DNA of 64,000 nt from NCBI RefSeq assembly GCF_037042905.1, contig NC_087251.1, positions 4,652,001-4,716,000 on the forward strand. Reading direction: 5' to 3'. Position 1 is the first letter of the stretch; each line of letters begins with the position of its first letter. The DNA is from Lytechinus pictus. Lineage: Eukaryota. Shown here one piece after another: positions 40,801 through 54,840 of the stretch. Both the position numbers and the translations under genes were made by a program. The notes beneath the pieces are model-generated. The model saw only the letters and a list, made by a program, of their open reading frames with translations. It did no database searches and had not been told where the DNA came from.

Positions 40801-43800
40801 GCTAGTTTAATGTCTCGTAATCAAAACGGAGCCCCATCGTCATTATTACAATCCGTCATAGTGCATACTTGCGAGTATTGATTTGTGATGATATCAGGGC
40901 ACCTAATTAATTTTGATGAAGGATGCCTTGCAACATAGGCTCCATTTGGGATAAATCTGGTTGGTAGCAGTTTTCTTGTGATTTACATCGACTTTCCTTT
41001 TCAACGATTAAATTACATGACACGAAAGCATGAGTATTTTTAATCCGGTGAACTGTTAATGGAACTGAAAACAGAAGGCCTCCAATATGAAGCAATATAA
41101 GAAGACTTGACATGTGATATACCTCGAATATTGATTTTATATATCAGCATCAAGATAAATAATCTACAATAATGCAGACGAAATATATTCATATTTCATC
41201 ACTTTAATTCGTTAAGCAGCTAATAGTGCTGCTTTCTTAAACGGTTTTTCTTTTTTATTCCGTCTTATATAGATGTGAAATTATGTCATGATACCTCCCC
41301 CCCCCCAAAAAAAAAAGTAAATAATAATACAAAATGAGATAATGGGGAAATAACAAAGGTCTGAATGGGTCTGAGAAAACTTTGTTTAGACCATGAGAAG
41401 GACAGAATTTTGAAAAGCATTTTATTCGAATACGGATTAGATCTCATAAATTGATATCACTGTCACACAAATTTGATAATACTATTTACAATAAACACTC
41501 AATTTAGAATTGCTCTCTTATAATATAGTAATAAAGCAATTCGGAGATATGTGAATGCCACATACATGCCGTAAGAGTGTAGCGGGCAAATATAGATAAA
41601 AGTTGAGAGAGGGATAGAGAGAAAGATAGATTCAGTAGACACTATTTTAAATGATCGGACAGAATATAATATAGAATCAAAATAAGTTTGAAGAAAAGTG
41701 CAGTTGGATGCATTGCGGCACCGGTCCGCTGTAAATCGTTACAATTGACCGCTTGATCGAGACTTTTTGGTGTCCCTTACTGGAGAAAGTGAAGTAGTTT
41801 CTTATCAGGGTCGAGGGAAGAAGATTCTAAAGGAAAGAGACGTGAGTTAATGGGATCTTGGGGCGTCACTCTACACCCGTTGAATGCGCGTAAAATCAAT
41901 AATTGAGTCGAAGCGATGCCAATGGTTATTTGCGATCATAAATCAGAGAAAATGGCAGACCAGGAGAACATCACGTCTTGGTCGCGACATGAATTGATAC
42001 ACGATAGTGTTGGATGGAGAGCCTGGCTTGTTCCGCCGCCGATGCGAGTTGGAGCTATAGCGAAAGTTGAACGAGATCTGAGGATGCATGTTACGGCTGA
42101 GTGGCGGGGTGGGCTTGATGGATGGATGGCAGGGGACGGTTCCGCTACGCTAGACTGACGACGCGTGCGTATCCATTGCTTGTACGCACGCACTCTTTAC
42201 TTCGCCCATGAATTAGATTCCTTTTGCCGAAGAGAGGGCAAACCTCTTCGCATACACTCTTTCCCTCATCCAACACTTTTTTTTCTTGTTTCGAAAAGTG
42301 GAATTTAGATGGGAATGTGATTACACATTAGCGGCAATAAAACTCATCGATTTGAAGCCCTACGAGGCCGATTCAATGACGTTCACACTTTGGCTAATCG
42401 ATGTGGTTTCAGATGAGCTGGAAACGTTAGCTGCTCACTACAAACAGCATTGTTTGTGGCGTTCCATACTCCACTGAGTACCATGATGCAACTCACTGCC
42501 GTTTGCCCCCTACCTCAACTCATCTACTTGTATAACTTCACAGATTTTGGACCCCCCCCCACGCCAGTACCACCATCATTCACCCCACGGGAACTAAACC
42601 TTTCTGGGCGTCAACAAACTCTTTGCATGTTATGCTCTGTAGAAACTTGCGACTTAACAAGTGAACTTCAGCGGAGTCGTTACAGTTTTATTTACACTCA
42701 ATGGTCCTACGAATCTGGTGCAAGTAGTCAAAAGAGAATAGCCACTAAAGACAATCGATGTTTTCAAATTAGAAAAATCATTTCACAGTAACTCTCTTTG
42801 ATATGGCAGAGTTGAGAAACAACTCTGAAGATTGTAAGGTATAAGAGGGGAGAAAGTTTAATATAGTCCGTGGAACATTAGCGAGACGGCAATTGGATTG
42901 TCATTAAGCATTTGAAGAGCTGTTGAAAGGGACAGTCGGATTCTGGCGAGGCATTTAGAATGAAAGAGAGAGTCCCTTTACCAACGATATACCAAAATAT
43001 CCAATCAAATATTCATTAGATCTGAAAGGAGGGTTGAATAAAATAGAAGATTTGCTATTAGCTGGCATCGAGCAAGTGAAGCAGGTTCGGTTGGTTGGAT
43101 ACATGAGTGGATGAGAGAAGAGGGGAGCAAGAGAGGGCTAATGGGACATAGGGACAAACCACTGTGTCGATCAGTGCTTGAAAAAAAAAGGCAACCAAAG
43201 ACCCCCTGTTTACTCGTTACAATATGCTGTATAGCAATTACCCTAGGGATATAGGTTCTATGATTTGCATGTATTGTAACAATGGATGCAGGCCCGAGGA
43301 CTTTTAGGTTTTGCTGTTCCATTTCCCGCCGTCCCGCTGGCGGTCTCAGTCTCTGTGGAGAGGGTGAAGAGAGAGGTCCCTGAAGTCTCTTCTGTATCGT
43401 TTCTTATCAATATCGCGCCCTTTTCTTCCTACTGGAGGGTGCTAGAGTTCCATTCGCCTCTTTCCCTGCTCGATTGTGTTTCTAAATGTTATTTCTCTTC
43501 ATGAAGATGACGTGGGCTATGTGCGAAAGATGACTGAGAGTAAACAGCATGCGATGTGCTTCCTGTCCTCATGATCGGGTTTCTCCGCTTACAGTGTATA
43601 ACGGAGCAAGCGCGCGCACACACGTGGCCTAATGCAAGTATAATTACCGGTCTCTAATAAGTCAAAACTTACACAAAAAGCCACAAATTGGCCTTTAATA
43701 ATGGATCAATATTTACTGACGTTTTGATAATGAGGTGTAATAAATTTAAAGGATGGGCTGTAGAGTTGGTGTGAGAGCGTGCGAGGATTGTATGGATGGT

Positions 43801-46800
43801 CACGGACGGACGAACGATTCGTGGTTTGTATGGATACCTCTACCCACCCGAGGGGAGATGTAACATATTGCAGAGCGATTTATCAAAACCAAGCAAGTCA
43901 AGCACCCCATATGGTGGGAGTTAGACCCCATGAATACCACGTACCATCATGGGATACAAAATCAATATCTGAAAAACAATCGTCATACTACATACGACAA
44001 TTGACAACAGTAGGAAAGGGTCTTTTATACGTATAAACTCGGCCTTGTCGTGTTAGGATTTGCTTAAACAATATTTTTTTTCTCCCTGCCATCATATTGG
44101 ATGTCACATGCTCGCCATCAGAAAAAAAACATGGAAGATGCATCACAAGACATGGAAGAAAAGAGAAGAAGCAATTTCAAATACTTATTAAGAAGCGCGC
44201 TTTTGATAATAAATAAAACCATTTCCTCAACTACTATACATAAATTGTTTGAAATTGTACTGATAGATTCGTTTCTTTGCCATACTTGTGTCTTTATTGT
44301 GAGAATGTAATGGTAACAAAAAATACGATTCGAGTCTTTGGCATGAAGGCCTCATCGGCAGATTGACTAGTTGAAAGAACATATAGAATTTTCATTTCGA
44401 TTTTCGTTGATTTGTTTTCCAGAACAACTTTATCAGATTGCATTCATTACAAAAAGAAATAATGAATTATCTTTGGGACTGCTATTATCATGGTTATGTG
44501 TGAGGGTGAGCAAGGGTGTGTGGGTGTAATACGCGCGCACTGGATTAGAGGACGGTGTGCGCGAGTGAGAGTGTGTATGAGACTATGAGGGTGTGTATAA
44601 AATGCGTTCGTGTGTGAAAGGTTTCACGCAGATATTTGATTGAGACGAAAGGCTCAAAATTCAAACCGATGACTTTGAAAAATACTTGATCAGAAAGAAA
44701 TAGCTGATAGGAAATTCAACTAAATCAAAAATAACAAAAAACAAAAAAATGGGGGAACAGAGAATAAAGAAATGTGATGATGTTTACTGCAATTCCTTTC
44801 CCCATCACCATCAGTCACATCACATCCATCCTATATCCTAGTTGATACATTCGTCTTAAAAAACGCGTCATTGCAACCGGTATACACCTTCTACCTCTGG
44901 GGTATCTTCCATTAGTTCGCGTCATAGGTATCGATGTGATTTGGCGACTTTTTTCGGTGTTCATTGTACTTTTGACTTTATTCTCACTACGACCAGACGG
45001 AATGTTATTCATTAGCTAGTGAGATTCTAATCACCCATCCCATGTTAGATACAGTCATGATCAACTTGTATCGTTTTGTTTACAAACCCCAGTAGGAGAT
45101 GGTATTTAGAGTGATTAAGGTACTTTCATACATACACTTGTAAACGATCATGACGATAGGCTGATATTTCATGAATAAGTGAGAGGGGTTAATGTATTAC
45201 CTATGCAATATGAATGCACTCAATTATGCATGACATTGATAATGTAGGCAACATAAAAAAACTCAATCTAGTCAAATTTGACTAAATTATATTTAGCGAT
45301 ATCAGTGCAGCTCATAAAATATATTCATTCATAGCCAGGGTGTCGGAAAAACATAAACATATGTTGAAAATAGAAAAGGCAGAAATGCAGAAACGAGGGC
45401 ACTTTGTTTGTAGCAATGGACAATTCGCGAGAAGCAAACTGAAGTGAATAGGTTTTCTGTTTTCACTCAAGTAAATAATACAAATCTGATTTAACTTCGT
45501 TTTTTTCATTGACTGCATACATCTAATTGACGAACACTCCCTGATCGAATCATGCATATCAAAGGAAGAGTTAGAATCCTGATATCAGACAGGAGAAATC
45601 ATGACTAAAGTCATGAAAGTGAAGAGTGAACCCGGTTATGGGAGGGGTATGGGTCCGGCCTGGGAAACCAAAAGGAGCATTTGTCAAAGATAAGATGCTT
45701 TAACGTGATTATTGCATTTTCTCATCAGATATTTAAATTTATGTTTTTCTTTATTTGGCACGTTTCAGTTTGGTTTATTTTTTTAAATCTATATTCAAAC
45801 TTAATTCCATTTGATTTGTCCATTCAAAAGAAATTCATTTCATTTTATTTCAATTCTATTTTACTTCATATAGATTAAAGTTATTTTTTTACGTTCGATT
45901 TCGCTTCATATTATTTCGTTTTAATTTTTAGCTTTTGTATTACATTAATATAAATTTCATGGGATCTTTGGGGGCATGGGTCCCCTGTGAACCCATAGTG
46001 CTACGCCACTGACTAACTGCATATCCTCCTTGGGTAAGATGAACTGTTCAATTCGCGGAACAAGAAATGCCGAGTGGTGACGGAGCGAGAGTGAAGCATG
46101 AATGACATGGGGGAACCCATGACAGTCCCTTGAAGAAAGAGGAAGTTACTAACATTAACACTTGTGGTGTCGTAGGGGGGAACGAAGGATACCTCTCAAT
46201 GACCCCATCTTCCATTGGGATAGGACCCTATGTTTCCACTCATCCCGTTACTTTACCCTATACTTTACATCTGAACTCAGAGCCCTTGCTACACTCGTAT
46301 TCGGGTTATTCCTATTTTTTCTCCCTTCCTTTACGTAAAATAAGCTGCCTGTTAGTTATTACATCATGATTCTTATGACACTATAGGCTCATCAAAATGA
46401 CCAAAAAAATATTTATTTGATAACGAATTACCTTAGCGTAATATTTTATTTGATATCTTGTCTGCAATTACATCGAAGGACCAACGAATCTTTTCAGACA
46501 ATGATTCGTTTATTGATCTGACTTTATTAATGAGGTTGAATAATGTACCCAATGCCAGACCCACAAAGCCCATGTCCACGGACGGTTCTGACGATAGTGA
46601 TACACTAAAGTCCAATAGAACTAGGGGATCCCTCATGTCCACTCAAAATTCCAATACAGTGATTTTTTAAATAATTTTTAAGAAATAAGGTTTTTCCAAC
46701 CATTTTATCCGATGTGAGGAAACCTGTAATAATGCATTTGAAAAACAAAAGACGTATGAACAGCTTCCATTGTGACACGTCACATTGTACGGTGTCTTCG

Positions 46801-48012
46801 AAGCGCCTCACTCTAACGGAAGTAGGTTGGCCCCTGACATCTTTAGTTCTTGTTCATGTAGTTGGTGGCACGGTTCACCACAGTCAGTGGCCGTGTTTGG
46901 CAAATCATCCAACGTTTAGCAGTCAAGAGCTTTGTAGATCTGTCAATGAGCCATCTTTGTCGGTGTCTCCCAACCTTCCTCCTTCTTCCCTGTCTTTCTT
47001 TGGACAACGATGACAACTTTGCAGGGGAGGGGTGACGAGAATTTACAAATAAACTGCGCCAATTGAGCCTGAATTGTGCGAGTGTATGACAATTTGTTTC
47101 TTCGCTCTGTCTAAACTAAATCGTGAAGGGGTTTCTGGAAAGTCGAACAGTGCAATGAGAGATGGTAAACGTACTGCCCCTTAACTAGGACAAGATTAAA
47201 CATTGTGAATTAGAAGTTGGCGGTCGTGTTACGACTGAAGCTACGGTTACTATTTAACAATCTTTGCGAGAATGTGTATGAATCCTTTCTTTTTTGAGGA
47301 TCTTTGGTACATTGTATAAAGGCTCAATTAAAGCTGAAGGGCAATAGGGTATTGGAGCGAGAAAAGGAGGAAGACAAATAAGTCACAATTCAATCATCAT
47401 TAATGCCGAAATTAGATGCCAGTGATCACTGACTCATTTAAGTTCCATCTCACCAGACGGAAACGGGCGTGTAGTCCATGTTGACAATCCTCATTCCGAT
47501 TCTTTAATCAGTAAGAGTGACGAATAATACACAAGAAAAGTTGTCAGATTAAGAAAATATTTCATCCACAGGTTCAATCAGAGATCATCGACATTAGCTT
47601 ACAATGTATAATTTATTAAGACATGTAATGTATATTTTATTAATAGCTTTAACTGGATAGTTAGCGTCAGATTGGCCTATGTTGAGTTTCATTAGTACAT
47701 TGAGTTGTATTTCAACAGAGATCTTATCCATAGTGTTTTTGTTTATCTGTTTAGTTAACTCCTGAAGTGTGTCACGTTCAGGATAGCACTTTCCCGCTCC
47801 CCCATGAGTGACAAACCACTAAACCGATCTCCATCTCAACTCCTAGCGCTGCCTCCTGAACCAAACTGTTTATATATATGTGTACCTAAATCCGCGTGTT
47901 CCTTAGCCCCAGGCAAAGAAATCTAAGTTGGAATGAGTTGTTAAATGTCCGCTTGTTAATTGCTTGTCCTAATGACTCTTTCCTGCTTTCTCTCACCTCC
48001 ATCTCTTCATAG

Positions 48013-48173
48013 CATTCCCGACGGGCCTGTACACAGCGACCGGGGCTGAGAACACAGCTCTTGCTCACACCGCTCATCAAATGTCTCTTGCAGACTACAG
48101 GCGGCAGGCTAACGGTATCAAGAATCACGTGACTTGTAGTGTAACTTCGGCTGATATTCATCTAGAAGGAAAG
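48013..48173 (+). CDS. Pax1/9: Pax1/9 exon 3 (161 nt)
   Basis: A long polypyrimidine tract ends ctcttcatAG (48012). The stop-free frame (A)FPTGLYTATGAENTALAHTAHQMSLADYRRQANGIKNHVTCSVTSADIHLEGK ends at AAG|GTGTGT. Phase 1 in and phase 0 out is exactly what is needed to join exon 2 to exon 4. Confidence 0.78.
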
Positions 48174-48685
48174 GTGTGTATAAGATTATTAAACTATCAT
48201 TTTCGAAAAACAGAACAAACCTAAAATTAATTTAAGAACATTCATCAATAAATATAAAGCTTTCTATAACTCTAAGAAAGAACATGAATAAAATATTTTT
48301 TCTCGATTATTTGAACAAAAGTTGTGTATTAAACCGAATAATGATACAAAACATAAGCGTACATATATCGATTTCCCTAGCAGGTGAATAAATACAGTAG
48401 ACAGAAAAGGTGAAAAACACGAAGCAGGTTTTCATAAACAGGCTGGCATCGGAGAACAGACAATAATTATTTCGTCAAGTTTATTTTTTTACTTTTGTTT
48501 TTTTCGGGGCATTGAACTGAGCTCATACGGGTAGTCACAATTCAATCAACAAGACACTGAGTTTAGCGTGGGAGTATTCTCACTCATAAATTTTAAAGGT
48601 AATTCTTACATTGTCAGGACATGTAAAAATGGGAGAACCTCACAAATATTGTAATAATTTAACAATATTTATTCCATCATTAAGA

Positions 48686-48736
48686 GTGATGATGATGATG
48701 ATGATGATGATAATAAGGATATTAATCACAATCATT

Positions 48737-48773
<37 letters not shown>

Positions 48774-49010
48774 GACTACTACTACTACGACTACTACTAC
48801 TACTACTACTACTATCATGATTATACTACTACTACTACTACTTTTATTATTGCTACTAATACTACTACTACTACTTATACTACTACTATTGCTACTACTA
48901 CTACTACTACTACTACTACTAATAATAATAATAATGAATAATGATAATACTAACAATAATGATAATAATAATAGTAAAAATAGTGATAATGTTGATAATA
49001 TATTATAATG
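48686..49010. repeat. Compound (GAT)n/(TAC)n/(TAA)n microsatellite
   Basis: Directly visible; it explains ORFs 48611-48820, 48732-48956 and 48817-49008. Confidence 0.95.
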
Positions 49011-49099
49011 ATTAATTCATGAGATCAATTATAAAATTGATAGAATAATAACGATACAAAGAAAATTAAAATTATAATTATATCAAGTAAGCTGGTGGA

Positions 49100-50693
49100 A
49101 TTATAATTACAACAAATATTTGTGGGCGGTTCCTCAACACTAATTGATCATATGCTTACAAATTCTGTAAATAAAGTGAGGTCTTTTGGTGCAATCGATA
49201 ATGGGCTTAGTGATCATGCTAATGATGCTATGAGTTTTGTCATTTAGAAATCCCATTCAATAAGTAGCCATGAAAAATATGTAACATTTAGGAAGTGTAG
49301 AAATATTGATATCAATCATTTTAAATCTTACGTTAAAAACCTAAATTGAAATGAAATTTCAATTTTGATGATATAAACGATGCGGTAAAAAGGTGGGAAG
49401 AAATTTTGCAAAAGGTTGTGGATAAACATAATTATGCCATTTAAAACTATCACCAAATACTTTCATCTAAACTCTCTCATCTTAGAGTTACTGGTAAATC
49501 ACTCGCTTACGCTATCTTTCTGATCGCAAAATAAAGACTTGTAATGTCTTTTCTTATGAATATGTAATTTCAAATGGTGTACCACAGGGGCCTATATTGG
49601 GTCCGCTTATTTGGGTTATCTATAAATGATATGTCATGCTCTCTTCATAAATGTTCTTTTTATTTATATGCCGATGATTCTGTTTTATATTTCTCGGATG
49701 AAAATCCACTTTTGGTTGAAAGGACACTTAATAACGAATTGAAAAATGTTTCAAACTGGATGAGAAAAAAAATCGATTAAAATTTTATTGTAATAAATAA
49801 GTGAGTATGTTTTTTAGTACTCGGCATATGTTGTTAAGACATAAAACTCTCCACTTACGCATTCGTGAAACATATATTCAAATGGTAGAAAGTGTTACAT
49901 ATTTTGTAGTTTTTATAGATAGGGAACTTAAATGGAATGTTCATTTTGATCACATGTGTTCAAAAATTTGTGAAATGGTTGGTTTCCTTGGCAGACTTAG
50001 GCGATTTGTTAATGAATCAAGTTTAGAATTAATATATTCTTCGGTTATCATCCCAAACTTTAGTCATGCTGATATTGTTTGCCAATCTGCATCTAAAAAT
50101 ATTTGACTTTATTACAAAATCGAGCAGGAAAAATTATTCTAAAAATTGATCCATATTTGCATACTTTATCTTCATATATCCATGATATACTGAAATGGAA
50201 GACTTTAAATACTCGGCAAAGGGAACATATGTACGTAATGATGTCAAAAGTTTTTAATAATTTTGCACCTGAATATATGAAAATACAATTTTCTCGTAAA
50301 TCATACCCATACTCTCTGCATACAGAAAATCACCTTAGTCTCCCAAAACCAAAGTCAAATAGCTGTAAACGAGTATTTCTTTGTATTTCATTTGACGTCT
50401 AGTTCAACGATTCAGTCCTTTAAATCCAATATTCAATTGTATCTCGGTTTTCCATAATTCTTTTTGCCTTTTGTTGCATTTTTTTATGGGGGTGGGCTGG
50501 GGTGAGTGTCTTTGTGTTTCCTTTCTTGTAATGTATATGATTAAGTTTTGTGTATATTTTTGTAATTACATATATTTGTTTTGTTAATACCGCTGAAATG
50601 GGCCATCCTCTATGATGTACACGATTTGTAAAATTTTGAACATGTATATATGTTATTATTTTTATATTTAAATTTAAACAAACAAACAAACAA
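49100..50693 (+). mobile_element. Degenerate CR1/L2-group LINE (endonuclease and RT remnants, large internal deletion)
   Basis: APE endonuclease C-terminal motifs SSTLIDHMLTN...GLSDH (~49132-49217). RT motifs GVPQGPILGPL (~49576) and YADDS (49667). The C-terminal region reads ..LKWNVH..CSKI..GFLGRLR..LQNRAGKII..LKW. There are many frameshifts and stops, and a (CAAA)n tail at ~50675-50693. Confidence 0.88.
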
Positions 50694-53600
50694 TACTCGA
50701 AATTAATACTATACCACCGATGATATTTATAATGATGATGGTGAAAATAAACCCATTTCATTAGTGCATTTGATTTGATTCAAATAAATGCAAACAAACT
50801 TTAATTATTTAACTACAAGCAGTTCTTCGCACTGTAAAAGTACATTAATAGACAAGTAAAAGTAGGTGTTGGTTTGACAGTTGTATTGTAAATTATAATT
50901 ACTTTTATTTGAATTATAGCGTTAAAAATAAGTATAGAAATGCAAATACAAATCCATTTCAATGAAAAAGGGTGCAATAAGACGTTTTATCATTCTGGTT
51001 ACGAAGTGAAAGTGTAATGAATAACTAAAACGTCTCAGTGTATTATGAAAGTATTACCTCCATATCTGTTGGCTTCCAGAATCGCATTCTTTTGTATATA
51101 TCTCTCCATAAAGTGGACCCATTTTTATATCTTCTTTATCATCTTTACATTCTTTCCAAATTGTTTTTAATGTTAAATACGCCTATTGTGATTTCATTTG
51201 AATATCACAATATTACAATATTTAAAAAATGTAGAGACATTTATTCAGTATTTTTCATCCGTTGGTTCTTTGTGAAAGAAAAGCAAGAAAAGAATTTTAC
51301 ATTTTAGGATATTCAACGCGAGCGATGCCCCCCCCTCTCTCTCTCTCGGTAAGGTTACGCTTTTCTTTTTAAAAAGCCATTAGAATTCTTACCCTAGCAC
51401 AAATTGTCATGTAAAATTGTCAAATGCATCCAATAGAGCACAAATGATTTGATTTCATTCACAACATTTTCAAATGATCTATAAACTTGAACAGTGACAG
51501 ACACATTTGTTGAAATTTGCAAAACTTTAAAGAGGGGTCAAGATTGCGGCTAATTGTCTCTTTGGGAATTGGACATGTTGTGTGAAATATATGATGTACA
51601 TGTAGCTAAGAAGTGTTTTAGAAGTGAAGTCAACAATGTGATAATTTTGAATTAAAGCAAATGAAAGTCTGTCCACAAACTCCTTCCATTCTGAAGTAAG
51701 TTGCATAGATTTTAGGATTTTCATGGAAGATCATATTGGAGACTGTCTGTTAATCTCATTTTGGACCCGATTTACATGGAACTCGTAAAAAATTGCATCT
51801 TTCCTTATTTCAATGTATTTTTGTTTACACAGGTGACTATTGTTGTCATCTTGTTTTCCATCTTATTTTCCTGATTTATTATAGAATCTTTAAGAAAAGA
51901 AACGAAATTAATTATACTGACATTTTTTTATAATACTTAACACAATCATGAAAGCTTGGTAAGACAGTGTAAAAGGGGAAAAAAGAAATACTTCTTTATC
52001 ATTCATAATTATGATTTAAATTCAAGTAAATTCTTATACAAAAGTGTAAAAAGATATAACTTGTTCAAATGGAAAAAGAACATTGTCTATTTAAACCTAG
52101 TAATTCGACTCCCTTTGATCAAACGATGATATTTCTCTTCTTAACCAAAAATACCTAATGGAAGCACATTTAAACGATTCTCCCTAATTTTTGTATCATA
52201 TTATGACTCTCATCAGATAAAAGTAAAACCCAACATCATTCTATTTACTTATTGACTTTATACAAACATAATAGTGAATGAGAAGATGAATAGATGAATA
52301 ATTGATGTCGAAATTAGATCAGAGTGAGATTATTGAAAACGATATTAAAGAATTCGTTAAATCAAGCACACTGCCATGACTGCATAGGGACATCGCTGTT
52401 TCAATCGTTTACCCCCGGGAGAGACCCTTAGCTATCCAGATGGCGCTAGGGCAGAAATGAAACGCAAACTATACATCCAATAAAATCCTCATCTTCATTT
52501 TATACGTATTAGAAAATCATGAAGGAAGGAAAGAGTGCCAACCGCCTGGATTTAAAACCCCTCAGTCGAAGAGTTAAGCCCCCGGGCAACGCCCTTTTAG
52601 CGAAAGAGTCAATATTGGTATTTTGAGCCTTTCGGTGCTCTCTCGTCTCCGCAAAGGGGGAATCTCTTGAAGGGATCGCTCTTGGCGTCACAATAGGCCA
52701 GATTGGGGCGCACTGGGTAAAAGTGGAAGCCCACTATTATGCCTTTCAGTATCAGTATAGAAACAGTATCGTCTGTTTCTACTCGAGGAGAGCATTAAAT
52801 CTCATATACTTGGCTTTATTTGAGAATGTGTTTCAAGAGGAGTTCTATCATTCTTATCAGTAAAGTAAGAAAAGGTGAAAATCATTCGATGACAAGAGTG
52901 AAAAGGCAAAACTTTCAACACTCTGGGAGGGGTGAAAGCGTAGGCAGGAAAGGAGTCTTTGAACAATCCGCATTGAGTTCCTCTCGGGGATGGAGCCGGT
53001 TGGGGCCTTCGGGAGTGGTGGTGCCGAGATACCCTCCTACCCCCTTACAACCCCTGCAAAGATTCCATGTCGAAATGATCAAGTTATTCTTTGTTTTACC
53101 AGAGAATCTCATATTAGTATCTGACCTTGATCAGCTTAATCATAACCGCGTGCTGAGTTAGAAACTCGATATCTTTTCATGAATGGTATTTTTTTATAAA
53201 AGCTTTTTCATTTAGAAGCGTTGAAAACTGATACCGTTCGGGGCATCTGTTTGGAATGGTAGTAGAAAACATCATAACAGAATTAGCATCATGATTTTAT
53301 ATCAAATATAAAGAAAAATACATCTTGGAGGAAAAGAGATTTGGTAGTAATGGATTTCGAAATCCCTCTTCTCGACATGTAAACGTCAGGAAACGAAAAT
53401 TTCCATCCAAATATTTCCTGTTCATCTTGCCCGTAAACTAAAGAAGAGGTTTCAGATTTGAAAGATGTCTGACCAATTACATTTTTGTATGTTATATATA
53501 TTTGTTTATTGGTATATTGCATCAATATGATATACACTATCTGAAAAAGGGCCATCTAGTGATACTTATTTGCTTTCATAATTTTACCCCCAATTGATTT

Positions 53601-53894
53601 TGGCATTTACATGGAAATATTTCATCAATGAAATATCTTCTTTACCAATCGTGATTGAAAAATTTTGTATGCTTTTGTGCGTTTTAAAAATTATTTTCTC
53701 ACCGTCTATAGATAAGCAATGGTGATTATGGTTTCAAAGTAGAAGCTTTAAATATACAACGAAATATGCTAAATGTGTTTGATTCGGGGGATGTCTGCAA
53801 TGTATCTTTAAAATTAGTTAAATGAAACAAGAATCAGTTCCTTTCACGTCATTAAATCAATATTTTCCTTCCTTCTTTTTTTTTTGTTATTCAG

Positions 53895-54178
53895 GACCAA
53901 ACAGCATCAATGAGTAACTTCGTAGTAACGACACCCTCATTAACAGCCTACCCCGCCCACCCTACACCAGGCTATGTTCCCACTTATGGCACCACAGCAA
54001 TGCCAAGTGGTTTGTCACACCATCATCTCTGGTCAGCCACGCCCAATACCGCCATGAGTTGTAGTGGTGATGCTGTTAGTGTGTTAGATGGTTCAAATGT
54101 TCTCCGGCCCTCACCGTTCGGCTATGGGAAGACCGCTATGATGCCCACCGGGTCGTCGTGTAACGGCTCCATAGTTAA
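53895..54178 (+). CDS. Pax1/9: Pax1/9 exon 4 (Pro/Ser/Thr/Tyr-rich putative transactivation region)
   Basis: Strong acceptor (T)n-gttattcAG (53894). The phase-0 frame DQTASMSNFVVTTPSLTAYPAHPTPGYVPTY...HHHLW...NGSIV(K) resembles, from memory, the SFV..SM..YP..Y..GYV..W stretch of vertebrate Pax9's last exon. The best donor is AA|GTGGGT (54179). Confidence 0.85.
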
Positions 54179-54840
54179 GTGGGTTTCAAGTTCTTTTACT
54201 CTGATGATTTCATTATAGTTTACCCTAAAATCACATCCATGTAACATTAAATGAATTTAAGGAATGCCTTCTACTCATCCCCCATCTTTCACATATTTCA
54301 TTAAAAGTTTCATGAACCAAGCCTAGTGAAAAGCAACATATGCAAAATAATGTACCACCTGTAGTGAAGTATTTTAAACATGACAAAGCCCCATTCATTA
54401 TTAACTACAAGTAATGCAAGTATTATTGTCAAATGCATACTGTTACCATGGTTACTCTAATCATGGACGTGTTTGCAGTAAACAAAACAGTGGATATTTC
54501 CTTGCAAAATGTATGTTTCATTGGCGATGTCTATTGTAAGGATATTAGTGGAATTTGTAATGATGAAAAAGAGAAAATGAAAATGATTCAGATTTATGTC
54601 AATCAACTTCCCTTCGATTAATATATTGGAATGATTGCAGTTATATGTTACAGTCATACAGACGAAACCAGCTACACATCGACTAAAGCTATTACGTTAT
54701 CGGTCAATTTGGATTCGTGTGGCTAGCATTAGTTGACTCATTCATTGCACGTAAAAAACCGCATTTTTATCATAATTATAGAGAGGATATTAGTATTATT
54801 TGAGTAATTTTGAATTGTTTTCTTTTGTTGATCATTACAG

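Noticed and set aside
46433..47013. Cluster of short ORFs as an additional Pax1/9 exon
   Set aside because: I found no strong phase-compatible acceptor/donor pair, and exon 48013-48173 already closes the frame.
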